From a virus (lineage: Duplodnaviria; Heunggongvirae; Uroviricota; Caudoviricetes), in IMG/VR virus record IMGVR_UViG_2857349434_000001, positions 64,001 to 81,816 of that record: 17,816 nt of DNA. One strand, 5' to 3'. Under the pieces are notes generated by a model. The model had not been told where the DNA came from. It made no database searches and saw nothing but the letters and a program-made list of their open reading frames with translations. Positions 1 through 7,821 of this stretch are shown piece by piece. The position numbers and the translations under genes are program-made. Numbering within the stretch: the first letter of the stretch is position 1; the number at the start of each line of letters is the position of its first letter.

Positions 1-1871
1 CGATCGGCGTCCATAGAGGCGTCAATCTCGTCTCCGAGGAAAACCGAGAAGACATTATTGGTCAGAACCTGGCCCAGGCCTAGACGCAGAGCGAGGTTGG
101 CCACAGCCTTGCCGGAGCCCGACAAGGTGTTGATCGGCTGGTTGTCGACCTTGATCTCGAAGTCCTCGTCGACCTCGATCACATTGCGCTGCCCGCCGGT
201 CATCTTCGAAACGTAGTGGCTGGCCACCTTGTTCAGCGACGGGATGAGATGCTGTTTGACCAGTCGACGCAGGATGGTCATCGCGTCACGGCCCTTGCGG
301 AAGCCCGCCTCGCGCTCCTTCCTGGCCTTGATCTCCGTCTGACGCTCGGCATAGACCTTCTGGTCGCGCTTGTAGCTCGCCAGTCGGTCCTCGTAGATCT
401 TGGCCTGCTCGTAGTGCGCCTCCAGCAGCCGGAGATTGCTCGGCACCTCGGCCAGCTCGTCGGCGCGGGCCTGGTCCTTGGCGTAGGCGCTCTCCTGCGC
501 CTCCCAGTCGGCCAGGCGAGCCTCGTAGCTCGCAAGGTCGCTCTCGTAGGCCAGACGGTCCCGCCAGAGCGCGTTGAGCTCCTTGCTGGGGCTCGTGGCC
601 GGCTCAACGGCCTCGAGCTCTGCGCGCCGTGCCTGGGCAGCGAGGGCGACCTTGAACTCCGCCACCTGCTGGCGCGTGTGGGGAGGCTCGACAGCATCCT
701 TCACGCGCTCCCAGTCGTCCTTGATCTTCTCGAACGCCTGCAGCTGGCGACGGGCGACGTCGACGTTGACCATGTCGGGCTTGCCCGGCCGCTCCAGGTC
801 CTTCAGTTCGACCTTCAGGGTCTCGACCTGGATCTGGACCTTCGTCACGCGGTCAGCTTCCATCGGCCACTCATGGCTGCAAGCCGGGCAGGTGTGGGTG
901 CCGACGTCGAGCAGATCCCGGAGCTGTTTCTGGAGATGGTCGAGACGTTCGAACTTCCGAACCAACTCCGCATCCGCGTCGGCCTTGGCAACCTGCTCAG
1001 CCGTCATGGTCAACGCGTAATTGCGGGCGAGCTTCTGACGCAGCTCCCAGTCATCGATGCCGTCCTCGGAGAAGGGCGGCGGTGGTGGGGGAATGCGTTT
1101 GAGCTCGGCCTGGGCCTGCTCGTAAGCGCGAGCCTTGTCGACCAAGATCTCCAGCTCGGCCGCCGTCGTGCTGACGGGCGCGACCGGCTTATCAGGCTTG
1201 GACATCCTGGTCTGGCTCAGCCGCCCCTTGATCTGGTTCAGCTCGTCGTTCAGAACGCGTTGAGCGTCCCTGAGCTCGGCCAGATCTTTGCTCGGAACGT
1301 ACTCCGGCGGTGGGGTCGGCTTGACGGGCTTGACCAGGCCTTCCTCCATGCCGGAGATCAGCGAGGCCAGGCTGTTGGCCTCCTGGCCGCACCACTTCGC
1401 GATGTCGTCGATCGCCGACATGCCGATGACCGAGTCCACCATCTGCTTGCGCTCGGACGGCAGCATGGAGCCGAGCTTCTCGATGTCGCCCTGGTTCGCC
1501 ACGCATGCGGTGTCGAACACGTCCAGGCCGAAGCCCAGGATCTCGGCGACCTTGGTGTTGACGCCCTTCTGGCCGTTGGCGATCTCGGTCTCGTCGCGGA
1601 AGATCCTGGCCGTGGTGATCGTCCGCTTGACGAGGTAGGTCTCGCCCTTGGCGGTAAAGGTCAGGTCGGCCTTCAGGTTCTTGTAGTCGTCGGATTTGCC
1701 CCGGAGTGCCCGGGTACCGAAGAGGCAGTAGCGGATCATCTCCAGGATGACGGACTTGCCGGCCTCGTTCGGGCCGGTGATGGCGCCGAAGCCTTCCTGG
1801 AAAGAGAAATCCCCCGACAGGCTCTTGCCGGTCGAGGGAAAGGTAACACTATAGGTCAGGCGATTAAGCAC
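1..1871 (-). CDS. SbcC/Rad50-like SMC ATPase, 3'-truncated by the window edge (623+ aa; not in ORF track)
   Basis: Manual translation from GTG at 1871 (SD AAGGAG): MLNRLTYSVTFPSTGK... Walker A GPNEAGKS, zinc hook CPAC at 879-890, signature LSGSG, Walker B/D-loop VFLGDEIDASMD near the left edge. Sits downstream of an Mre11-like gene. Confidence 0.93.
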   Translation of the reverse strand, partial: MLNRLTYSVTFPSTGKSLSGDFSFQEGFGAITGPNEAGKSVILEMIRYCLFGTRALRGKSDDYKNLKADLTFTAKGETYLVKRTITTARIFRDETEIANGQKGVNTKVAEILGFGLDVFDTACVANQGDIEKLGSMLPSERKQMVDSVIGMSAIDDIAKWCGQEANSLASLISGMEEGLVKPVKPTPPPEYVPSKDLAELRDAQRVLNDELNQIKGRLSQTRMSKPDKPVAPVSTTAAELEILVDKARAYEQAQAELKRIPPPPPPFSEDGIDDWELRQKLARNYALTMTAEQVAKADADAELVRKFERLDHLQKQLRDLLDVGTHTCPACSHEWPMEADRVTKVQIQVETLKVELKDLERPGKPDMVNVDVARRQLQAFEKIKDDWERVKDAVEPPHTRQQVAEFKVALAAQARRAELEAVEPATSPSKELNALWRDRLAYESDLASYEARLADWEAQESAYAKDQARADELAEVPSNLRLLEAHYEQAKIYEDRLASYKRDQKVYAERQTEIKARKEREAGFRKGRDAMTILRRLVKQHLIPSLNKVASHYVSKMTGGQRNVIEVDEDFEIKVDNQPINTLSGSGKAVANLALRLGLGQVLTNNVFSVFLGDEIDASMDAD

Positions 1872-2094
1872 TAGGCCACTCCTTGCATTTTCCTTGGGAT
1901 CGCGCCTTGTGAACGGCGCTCTTGACGATGTCGGGCATGACCTCGGCGAAGGTGCGGGCCGCGTCCTTGAGGTGGGTCCACCCATAGCCGCCGGCGCGCT
2001 TCATCTCCTCGATCATGCCGATCTCGGCCGGATGGAGGCCTTCGGTGGTCAGCCACTCATTCATGGCCTTCAGGATCTGGATGCTATTCGGCAA
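1864..2094 (-). CDS. Hypothetical protein (~76 aa) between sbcD-like and sbcC-like genes
   Basis: TTG at 2094 preceded by GAGGAGG gives MPNSIQILKAMNEWLTTEGLHPAEIG...WPSA. It overlaps both neighbours. ATG at 2064 is an alternative start. Confidence 0.7.
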   Translation of the reverse strand: MPNSIQILKAMNEWLTTEGLHPAEIGMIEEMKRAGGYGWTHLKDAARTFAEVMPDIVKSAVHKARSQGKCKEWPSA

Positions 2095-3049
2095 CGCGGG
2101 CCTCCTCGTATCGGGTGATGATCTGGCTGCGGACCTCGTCGGGTACGCCGGCTTCCTCGAAGGCCTGGGCGAACAAGGCCATGAGGTCGAAGTCGCCGAG
2201 CGTGACCTCGTCGGTGTCCTCCTCATTGGCGCCGATGCGCTGGATGGTGAGCTGCAGGCAGTCCAGTTCGTCCGTGAGCTGCTCGCCGGGGTTCAGGCGG
2301 AGCCTGACGCACTTGTCGGAGAGGTCCTCGCCCTCCAGCTGGTCGAGATACAGCGTGACGTACATCTCGCCGTTGTCCTCGCCGTGGGCGTAGGGCTGCA
2401 TCGAACCGACCTGGACGACCTTGACGCCGTCGCGAGTGAACTCGTCCGGCAGATGGACGTGACCGGTGTAGGCCACCTCGCAGCCGGCCGCGGCCAACTC
2501 CTTCGTCGGGACCAGGTTGCCTTCGCCGAACATCGTGTCCCAGTGACCGAAGGCGATGTCGATCTTCTCGGTCACCAGCTCGCCCGCTGGTTTGGTCGGG
2601 TGGTAGGGGAAGAGCCCGACCCGGTCGCCGCCGATATCCGTGAAGTGGCCGGCGTGGCGGATGATGGTCACGTTCGGCAGGTTGCCGACGACGAGCTCGA
2701 AGAGATCCAGCGCGCCCTTCTTCTCCAGATCCTTGGAGATGTCGTGGTTGCCGCCGAGGATGAAGTAGCGGGTCTTGGGGTTGTCGCGCGCGGCCTTGAA
2801 GAAGGTCCACGACGCCTGGAACACGACGCTGTAGGGCACCGCCCATTTGTCGAACAGATCGCCCATGCAGATGAAGACGTCGTATTTGCCCGACGCCTTC
2901 ATGCGGCTCCGGAAGTCATCCATCACCATCTTCTCGCGGAGACCACGCTTCTCAAGCGAAACACCCCGGACGAAGGATCGTCCGAGGTGCGGGTCTCCGA
3001 GAATGCCGGCACGGGCGGTGCCGATATCAATCTCGGTTATGCGGTACAT
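2084..3049 (-). CDS. SbcD/Mre11-like metallophosphoesterase nuclease (321 aa)
   Basis: Calcineurin-like motifs GDPH, GDLFD, GNHD, GHWD, GHVH. ATG at 3049 with SD AAGGA. Two genes upstream of the SbcC-like ATPase. Confidence 0.93.
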   Translation of the reverse strand: MYRITEIDIGTARAGILGDPHLGRSFVRGVSLEKRGLREKMVMDDFRSRMKASGKYDVFICMGDLFDKWAVPYSVVFQASWTFFKAARDNPKTRYFILGGNHDISKDLEKKGALDLFELVVGNLPNVTIIRHAGHFTDIGGDRVGLFPYHPTKPAGELVTEKIDIAFGHWDTMFGEGNLVPTKELAAAGCEVAYTGHVHLPDEFTRDGVKVVQVGSMQPYAHGEDNGEMYVTLYLDQLEGEDLSDKCVRLRLNPGEQLTDELDCLQLTIQRIGANEEDTDEVTLGDFDLMALFAQAFEEAGVPDEVRSQIITRYEEARVAE

Positions 3050-3050
3050 G

Positions 3051-3626
3051 CTAGGCGGCTTCCTTCTGGTTGAGCTCCTCGCGAGCGACGAAGATCGTCT
3101 TGATCTGGTGGAGCACGTCGTGCAGCGCGTTGTGGACGTCGCCGTTGAATGGCACGGTGATATTCGGATGGTCCGGGTCACCGCGCATGCCGGCGATGTA
3201 GCTGTTCATGTCGCGGGCGTAGCGGTAGTGGAACGGCAAGTGGACGTTGAACTGCCGGAAGTAGGACTGGATGAATGAGTAGTCGAAGCTCGTCGGCTTG
3301 CCCCAGAAGCGTAGCGGTGGATCGGACGGCGCACGGCCCTTGTTGGCCCATTCCTCGAAGGCCTTGATAACGAGGAAAGGATCCTCCATGCGGGCACAAA
3401 TGCCCTGGTAGACCTTGAGGTTCTTGCCCTGCCAGAAGGCTCGGGTCGACTCCTCCCAGAAGCGGCCGGGTGCCAGGCTCAGGCAGCGGTCGAACATGTC
3501 GGAGGCGTCCACCGTCATGGTGACGGCGTTGAAGCGCACCGCGGCGATCTGGATGATGCCGTTGTGCTCGGGGTGCGTGCCGGTCGTTTCGATGTCGACC
3601 ATCACGTCGAGGTTGCGAGTTTCCAT
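3051..3626 (-). CDS. DEDDh 3'-5' exonuclease (191 aa)
   Basis: Motifs VDIETTG (D,E), SFDYSF (D) and HNALHD (H,D). ATG at 3626 with SD AAGGA. Confidence 0.9.
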   Translation of the reverse strand: METRNLDVMVDIETTGTHPEHNGIIQIAAVRFNAVTMTVDASDMFDRCLSLAPGRFWEESTRAFWQGKNLKVYQGICARMEDPFLVIKAFEEWANKGRAPSDPPLRFWGKPTSFDYSFIQSYFRQFNVHLPFHYRYARDMNSYIAGMRGDPDHPNITVPFNGDVHNALHDVLHQIKTIFVAREELNQKEAA

Positions 3627-4024
3627 TTGTGTCCTTCGAGTTCTTTCCAGGTCAGGGAGCGCGCCGAATGATCCCGGATCATCGAGTACGGGATGCAGAA
3701 CCATTCGTCAGTGGGGATGCGGTGGATGTAGACGAGGTAGTCGCCACCTGCCGCGAGGATCATGACGGCCATCGCAGAGGGGATCTTCCGGAGCAGTGAG
3801 AAGCGAAACGCGGTGTCGTCGATCGTCGACTTCACCTCGGCGAAATGCACGCCGTTGTGGGCGACGACATAGTCGCTCGGGGCCGATCGGGTGAACCCGA
3901 TCACGCCGGTGCGACCGCGGACTTCGGCCGCGTCAACTACCCGCCAGGTCCAAGCTCGTTTGCCGAGCTTGTTCCAGATGCGTTCAAATTCTTGTTCGGA
4001 AGGTTTGCCGGTGTTCTTTGCCAT
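3602..4024 (-). CDS. PD-(D/E)XK nuclease, RecU-like Holliday junction resolvase (140 aa)
   Basis: SEQEFE N-terminal acidic helix, PSDY, and FAEVKST catalytic pattern. Located in the recombination cluster. Confidence 0.72.
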   Translation of the reverse strand: MAKNTGKPSEQEFERIWNKLGKRAWTWRVVDAAEVRGRTGVIGFTRSAPSDYVVAHNGVHFAEVKSTIDDTAFRFSLLRKIPSAMAVMILAAGGDYLVYIHRIPTDEWFCIPYSMIRDHSARSLTWKELEGHKWKLATST

Positions 4025-4052
4025 CACGGGCGCATATGGGCGCCCGTGATGG
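4021..4052. promoter_or_regulatory. Perfect 13-bp inverted repeat (6-nt loop) overlapping the resolvase start codon
   Basis: ccatcacgggcgc (4021-4033) / atatgg / gcgcccgtgatgg (4040-4052). No U-tract on either strand. Confidence 0.75.
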
Positions 4053-4063
4053 TGTCGTGAATA

Positions 4064-4288
4064 TCAAATCTTGTCGTTACTAGAGGGCAAGTCAACAATC
4101 TTCATCGGGTACTTCTTCTGCAGCTCGAAGAGGAAGTCTTCGAGCTCCGGTGAGCAGTCCTTAATGATCAGCCCGTACCCGAGGCTGACCATGGTGTTGA
4201 TCGTGTATTCCAGGGTCGACTTCATCACCGGGAGGCTTGGGCTTTCGAAGCGGCGGCCATTGCCGGTGATGACGTAAAACTTGCTCAT
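4064..4288 (-). CDS. Hypothetical protein (74 aa)
   Basis: [17 protein letters not shown]...NDKI. ATGA overlap with the thyA stop. Confidence 0.75.
   Translation of the reverse strand: MSKFYVITGNGRRFESPSLPVMKSTLEYTINTMVSLGYGLIIKDCSPELEDFLFELQKKYPMKIVDLPSSNDKI
4067..4095 (-). promoter_or_regulatory. Putative sigma70-type promoter for the resolvase-exonuclease-sbcDC block
   Basis: Minus strand TTGACT-N17-AAGATT in a locally AT-rich patch at the 3' end of the 74-aa gene. The -10 element matches only 3/6. Confidence 0.45.
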
Positions 4289-5094
4289 ACTGCGATCGGC
4301 GCCTTGATGCCTTCGTCGGGGGTGTAATTGTCCAGCCGGAAATCCTCGTACCGGAAGTCGTTGATGCTCTCCACCTTGGGGTTGATCCACATGGTGGGCA
4401 ACGGCTTGGGTGCGCGCCGGAGCTGCTCGGTCGCTTGCTTGAAGTGGTTGTGGTAGATGTGCGCGTCCCCGAGCGTGTGGATGAACTCCCCAGGCTGCAG
4501 GCCGGTCACCTGGGCGACCATCATTGTCAGCAGCGCGTAGGAAGCGATGTTGAACGGCACGCCCAGGAAGATGTCGCCCGAGCGCTGGTAGAGCTGACAA
4601 GACAGCTTGCCGTTCGCGACATAGAACTGGAACAGGCAATGGCAAGGCGGGAGCGCCATCTTGTCGACCTCGGCCGGGTTCCAGGCTGTGACGATGTGGC
4701 GGCGCCCTTCAGGGTTGCGGATCAAGTCGCTGATGACGTCGGCGATCTGGTCGATGCTGCCGCTGCCGTCAGGGTAGCGGAGCGGGTCAGGCCAGGAGCG
4801 CCACTGCTTACCGTAGACCGGGCCGAGGTTCCCGTTCTTGTCGGCCCACTCGTTCCAGATCGTGACGCCGTTGTCGTTCAGATATTTGACGTTGGTGTCG
4901 CCGGCCAAGAACCAGAGCAGCTCGTGGATGATCGATTTGAGGTGGAGGCGCTTGGTCGTGAGCAGGGGGAAGCCTTCGGCGAGGTCGAAGCGCATCTGGT
5001 GACCGAAGACCGAGCGCGTGCCGGTGCCCGTCCGGTCACCGCGGTCGACGCCCTGTTGCAGGACGTGGCGGAGGAGGTTGAGGTATTGCTTCAT
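4285..5094 (-). CDS. thyA: Thymidylate synthase (269 aa)
   Basis: [39 protein letters not shown] (catalytic Cys), [21 protein letters not shown] and C-terminal KAPIAV. ATG at 5094. Confidence 0.97.
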   Translation of the reverse strand: MKQYLNLLRHVLQQGVDRGDRTGTGTRSVFGHQMRFDLAEGFPLLTTKRLHLKSIIHELLWFLAGDTNVKYLNDNGVTIWNEWADKNGNLGPVYGKQWRSWPDPLRYPDGSGSIDQIADVISDLIRNPEGRRHIVTAWNPAEVDKMALPPCHCLFQFYVANGKLSCQLYQRSGDIFLGVPFNIASYALLTMMVAQVTGLQPGEFIHTLGDAHIYHNHFKQATEQLRRAPKPLPTMWINPKVESINDFRYEDFRLDNYTPDEGIKAPIAV

Positions 5095-5366
5095 GCGGTT
5101 TCCTTGGGGAACATCTCGAGCTTCTCGACGTGGTTGAGGTCGTCGAGCATGTGGTGAGAGCCGAAGCCGAGCACCGTGTGGTTGAACCAGTGGCGGCAGT
5201 CGCGGTTGGCGCAGAGAATGTTGGTGGAGAGGCCCCCTTGGGGCCCCTCGTAAAACTCCTCGCCGTCGCAATAGGTGCATCGGAGCGCCATGTTGCGACC
5301 GTTGTGGGGTTTGCCGTCAGCCGGTAACGACGGCTTGCGTGTAAGACGCTTCCAAAAATTGAACAT
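5091..5366 (-). CDS. Small putative zinc-ribbon protein (91 aa)
   Basis: CTYC...CANRDC cysteine pairs. Overlaps both neighbours. Confidence 0.7.
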   Translation of the reverse strand: MFNFWKRLTRKPSLPADGKPHNGRNMALRCTYCDGEEFYEGPQGGLSTNILCANRDCRHWFNHTVLGFGSHHMLDDLNHVEKLEMFPKETA

Positions 5367-5656
5367 CAGACGAGCGCCTCCACTGGCTGGCTGGGGAACG
5401 TGCCGCCGTAGTCGATCAGCATCATCCTGACCGTCTCCGACGAACCGACGAGGGTCGGGTAGAAGGCCGAGCCGGTTCCCACGGCAACGAAAATCTTGCC
5501 GGCGTTGTGGTTGATCACGGCGACCTCTTCGGGGGAGAGTTGCCAGGCGCTTACGACGAAGCGCCTGTTGGTGAAGAAATGGCCGGGGAGGATGTCGTCC
5601 CGGCCCGGAGGTGCGCCGATCGGCCTGGAGCCGACGAAAGGTGCGGGGAAGCCCAT
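5366..5656 (-). CDS. Phage hypothetical protein (96 aa)
   Basis: Fills the gap with stop/start overlaps at both ends. Contains VVSAWQLSPEEVAVI. Confidence 0.75.
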   Translation of the reverse strand: MGFPAPFVGSRPIGAPPGRDDILPGHFFTNRRFVVSAWQLSPEEVAVINHNAGKIFVAVGTGSAFYPTLVGSSETVRMMLIDYGGTFPSQPVEALV

Positions 5657-5820
5657 TAGCGTTTCCTCATCATCTTCTTGAGGTCGGCCTGCATGGCTCG
5701 ACGCTGCTTGCGGTTGCCCTGGCCGCTCGTGGCGGCCTTGGAGAACTGCTCGATCTCCTGCTCCTGGAGCCGGCCGATTGACCGGGGCTCGAGGGCCATC
5801 TTCCGCTGTTGAACGTCCAT
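5656..5820 (-). CDS. Small basic hypothetical protein (54 aa; not in ORF track)
   Basis: Manual translation MDVQQRKMALEPRSIGRLQEQEIEQFSKAATSGQGNRKQRRAMQADLKKMMRKR. TGATG overlap with the ligase stop and TAATG overlap with the next start. Confidence 0.75.
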   Translation of the reverse strand: MDVQQRKMALEPRSIGRLQEQEIEQFSKAATSGQGNRKQRRAMQADLKKMMRKR

Positions 5821-6908
5821 CAGAGCTCCCTCCCTCCCTTGTGGAACTTGGTACAGACCGGGAAGCGCGGGATGCCTCGCGCGCTCAGCTGGAAGAACTG
5901 GATGGTGCCGGGGCTACCGATCCATTCCTCCTGCTCCTCCAGGAGTTGCTTGCAGAACTCCTTGGTGCCCTTGATGCCGGCGCGCGGCCGCTCGCCGTTC
6001 TCCAGGCGGGCATCGTTGGGCAGCATGAACTCGACCCACTTGGCATGGCCGGACCAATTGCCGAGGCCTTCGCCGATCTTGGTGATCGGGAACTCGGCGT
6101 CCTGCATGTCCTTGCGTTTCAGCAGGTGGGCGGAGCGCTTGCCGATCTCGTAGTCGGCGTCCAGGCGCCCCATCTGGCCCTCGTAGCCGTTCTCCATGAA
6201 CTCCTCGTAGTCCTTGTCGAACATGGCCTGGTTGAAGGCGATACGGGTCTCGACCGGGAGAATGTGGTCGAAGCCCTGCAGCATCGCGTTGTAGACCGGG
6301 GCGCGCTGGAAGAAGGTACCCTCGAACGACGGGATGTCGTAGACATGGTACTGGACCACGCCGGCGGTCGCTGGGTTCGGCTCCTGCTTGCGGATCAGGG
6401 AGACCAGCTGTTCGAAGTCGGCCTTCAGGTCGTGGTTGTAGAGCTCGCCATCGAGCACCAGGTCCGGGTCGGCAACGAAGAGAGGCGCCAGCTCGGCCTC
6501 GATGTGCGGGCAGCTGACGATCGGCTTGCCCTGGCGGCTGAACAGGCCCTCGGCTCGGGCGATGCAGCGGATGCCGTCCAGCTTCGGCTGGCTGGCGATT
6601 GGGAACTTAATCCGACCCTTGTAGCTCTTGGCGAGCATCGGCTCGAAGAAGTTCGGTGTGGCGCACGCCTCCGGCGTCCGGTGATATTGGCGCTCGAGTT
6701 TCTTGCGCTCCTCGGCCTCGGCCTCGAACAGGGCCTGGGCCTCGGCGGTGTCCTGGCTTTTCGGCGTGCAGACGGTCCAGTCCGTCGTCACCCAGTTACC
6801 GTCCTCAAGGCCGGAGGTCGACCGCCACTTCGGGCCATCGACCTCATAGAACCAGATGCGGAGACGGCCCTGGGTGTCGCGCTTGTAGATCATGGTGGAT
6901 GTGTTCAT
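5820..6908 (-). CDS. ATP-dependent DNA ligase (362 aa) with a ~85-aa N-terminal extension
   Basis: Motif I SQPKLDGIR (adenylated Lys), motif III LDGELY, motif IV EGQMGR, motif V LLKRK, C-terminal OB fold with GIPRFP. Confidence 0.95.
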   Translation of the reverse strand: MNTSTMIYKRDTQGRLRIWFYEVDGPKWRSTSGLEDGNWVTTDWTVCTPKSQDTAEAQALFEAEAEERKKLERQYHRTPEACATPNFFEPMLAKSYKGRIKFPIASQPKLDGIRCIARAEGLFSRQGKPIVSCPHIEAELAPLFVADPDLVLDGELYNHDLKADFEQLVSLIRKQEPNPATAGVVQYHVYDIPSFEGTFFQRAPVYNAMLQGFDHILPVETRIAFNQAMFDKDYEEFMENGYEGQMGRLDADYEIGKRSAHLLKRKDMQDAEFPITKIGEGLGNWSGHAKWVEFMLPNDARLENGERPRAGIKGTKEFCKQLLEEQEEWIGSPGTIQFFQLSARGIPRFPVCTKFHKGGREL

Positions 6909-6925
6909 GCGATGTTCCTTGGAGA

Positions 6926-7642
6926 TTACGAGGGAGTGCGGCCGAAGAGCTTGTCTTCGTTCCAGCCGGCGACCTTGAGGGGCTGCTCGTTGAAGGGGGT
7001 GAGGTCGGCTTCGTTGTTGAAGTCGCGGAAGGCGCTGACCAGGCGGAAGATGCAGAGCTTGGGCTGCTTGCTGCCGCCTTCTCGATAGAAGTTCGCCACA
7101 GCGACGGCAGCGGCGTCAGCCTCGGCGGTCGAGTCACCAGCGAACATCACATCCAGGAAGGTGTTGATCTTCGCGAACTTGCGATGGGTGTAAAGAAGAG
7201 CCGCCAGGGCGCCGATCGGGAACTTGTCAAACCGAGCGACGGATCGGACCATAGCTCGGATCTCCCCATGCGCGTCGAGGATGGCGTCAGCCTCGGTGGG
7301 CGTCAGCGAACCCCTGGTGTACTCGCCGGCCGCGAGGGTGCGCATGGCGTGCAGAGCTGAGACCAGCCGCGGGATTTCCTTCTCTCCGCGGGCCTCAAGG
7401 TGAGCTGTTAGCTTGAGCTCGGGGTCGGCCGGAGCTTCGGCCACCGGGGTTATCGGCGCTGGCGCGGCAGGGGCCTGCCCGCCGATGTGATCAAGAATGA
7501 GGTTCAGTGCGGTGTCGGAGTTGGCCTGGCCAGTGAGGAGCTTCTGCAGCAGAGCCTCGACCGCGTCGAGGCGCTCCAAAATCATTACGCTTGCCTGAGA
7601 GAGGGGCTTGTCGGCGGTGATCTTCGTAGCGTGAGCGTTCAT
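6926..7642 (-). CDS. Hypothetical protein (238 aa): N-terminal coiled coil, Pro/Ala linker, helical C-terminal domain
   Basis: Long ORF with ATGA overlap with the upstream gene. No motif confidently recognised. Confidence 0.75.
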   Translation of the reverse strand: MNAHATKITADKPLSQASVMILERLDAVEALLQKLLTGQANSDTALNLILDHIGGQAPAAPAPITPVAEAPADPELKLTAHLEARGEKEIPRLVSALHAMRTLAAGEYTRGSLTPTEADAILDAHGEIRAMVRSVARFDKFPIGALAALLYTHRKFAKINTFLDVMFAGDSTAEADAAAVAVANFYREGGSKQPKLCIFRLVSAFRDFNNEADLTPFNEQPLKVAGWNEDKLFGRTPS

Positions 7643-7821
7643 CTGTAGGTGTCCTCGTGTGCGATGATGGAGTAGCGCCAGTTCGAGCCCTCGGCCCGGT
7701 TGGCTTCGATCTCCTCTTCCATTTTGGAGAGGAGGATTTGGACGTTGACCTCGGAGTCGATCTCCTCGATCTCGTAGTCTTGGTCGTCACGGATGTGACG
7801 GCCGATCAGCTTCAGCCGCAT
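7639..7821 (-). CDS. Small acidic hypothetical protein (60 aa)
   Basis: MRLKLIGRHIRDDQDYEIEEI...DTYR. SD GGAG upstream of ATG 7821. Overlaps the sigma gene end. Confidence 0.7.
   Translation of the reverse strand: MRLKLIGRHIRDDQDYEIEEIDSEVNVQILLSKMEEEIEANRAEGSNWRYSIIAHEDTYR

Noticed and set aside
216-1874. 552-aa plus-strand ORF
   Set aside because: Antisense shadow of the SbcC/Rad50 gene, which has all expected motifs on the minus strand. The translation is Leu/Val/Gly-rich with no motifs, typical of the reverse frame of GC3-biased genes.
3602-3626. 25-nt overlap of the resolvase and exonuclease genes as a possible programmed frameshift or fusion
   Set aside because: The exonuclease has its own SD and ATG, and no slippery heptamer is evident. 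Short overlaps are routine in this module.
4285-5094. ThyA as a possible base-modification enzyme (dCMP or dUMP hydroxymethylase)
   Set aside because: It retains the dUMP-specifying Asn in PFNIASY and all canonical ThyA motifs, and looks like an ordinary bacterial ThyA. No glycosyltransferase, kinase or PurZ-type genes are in the window.
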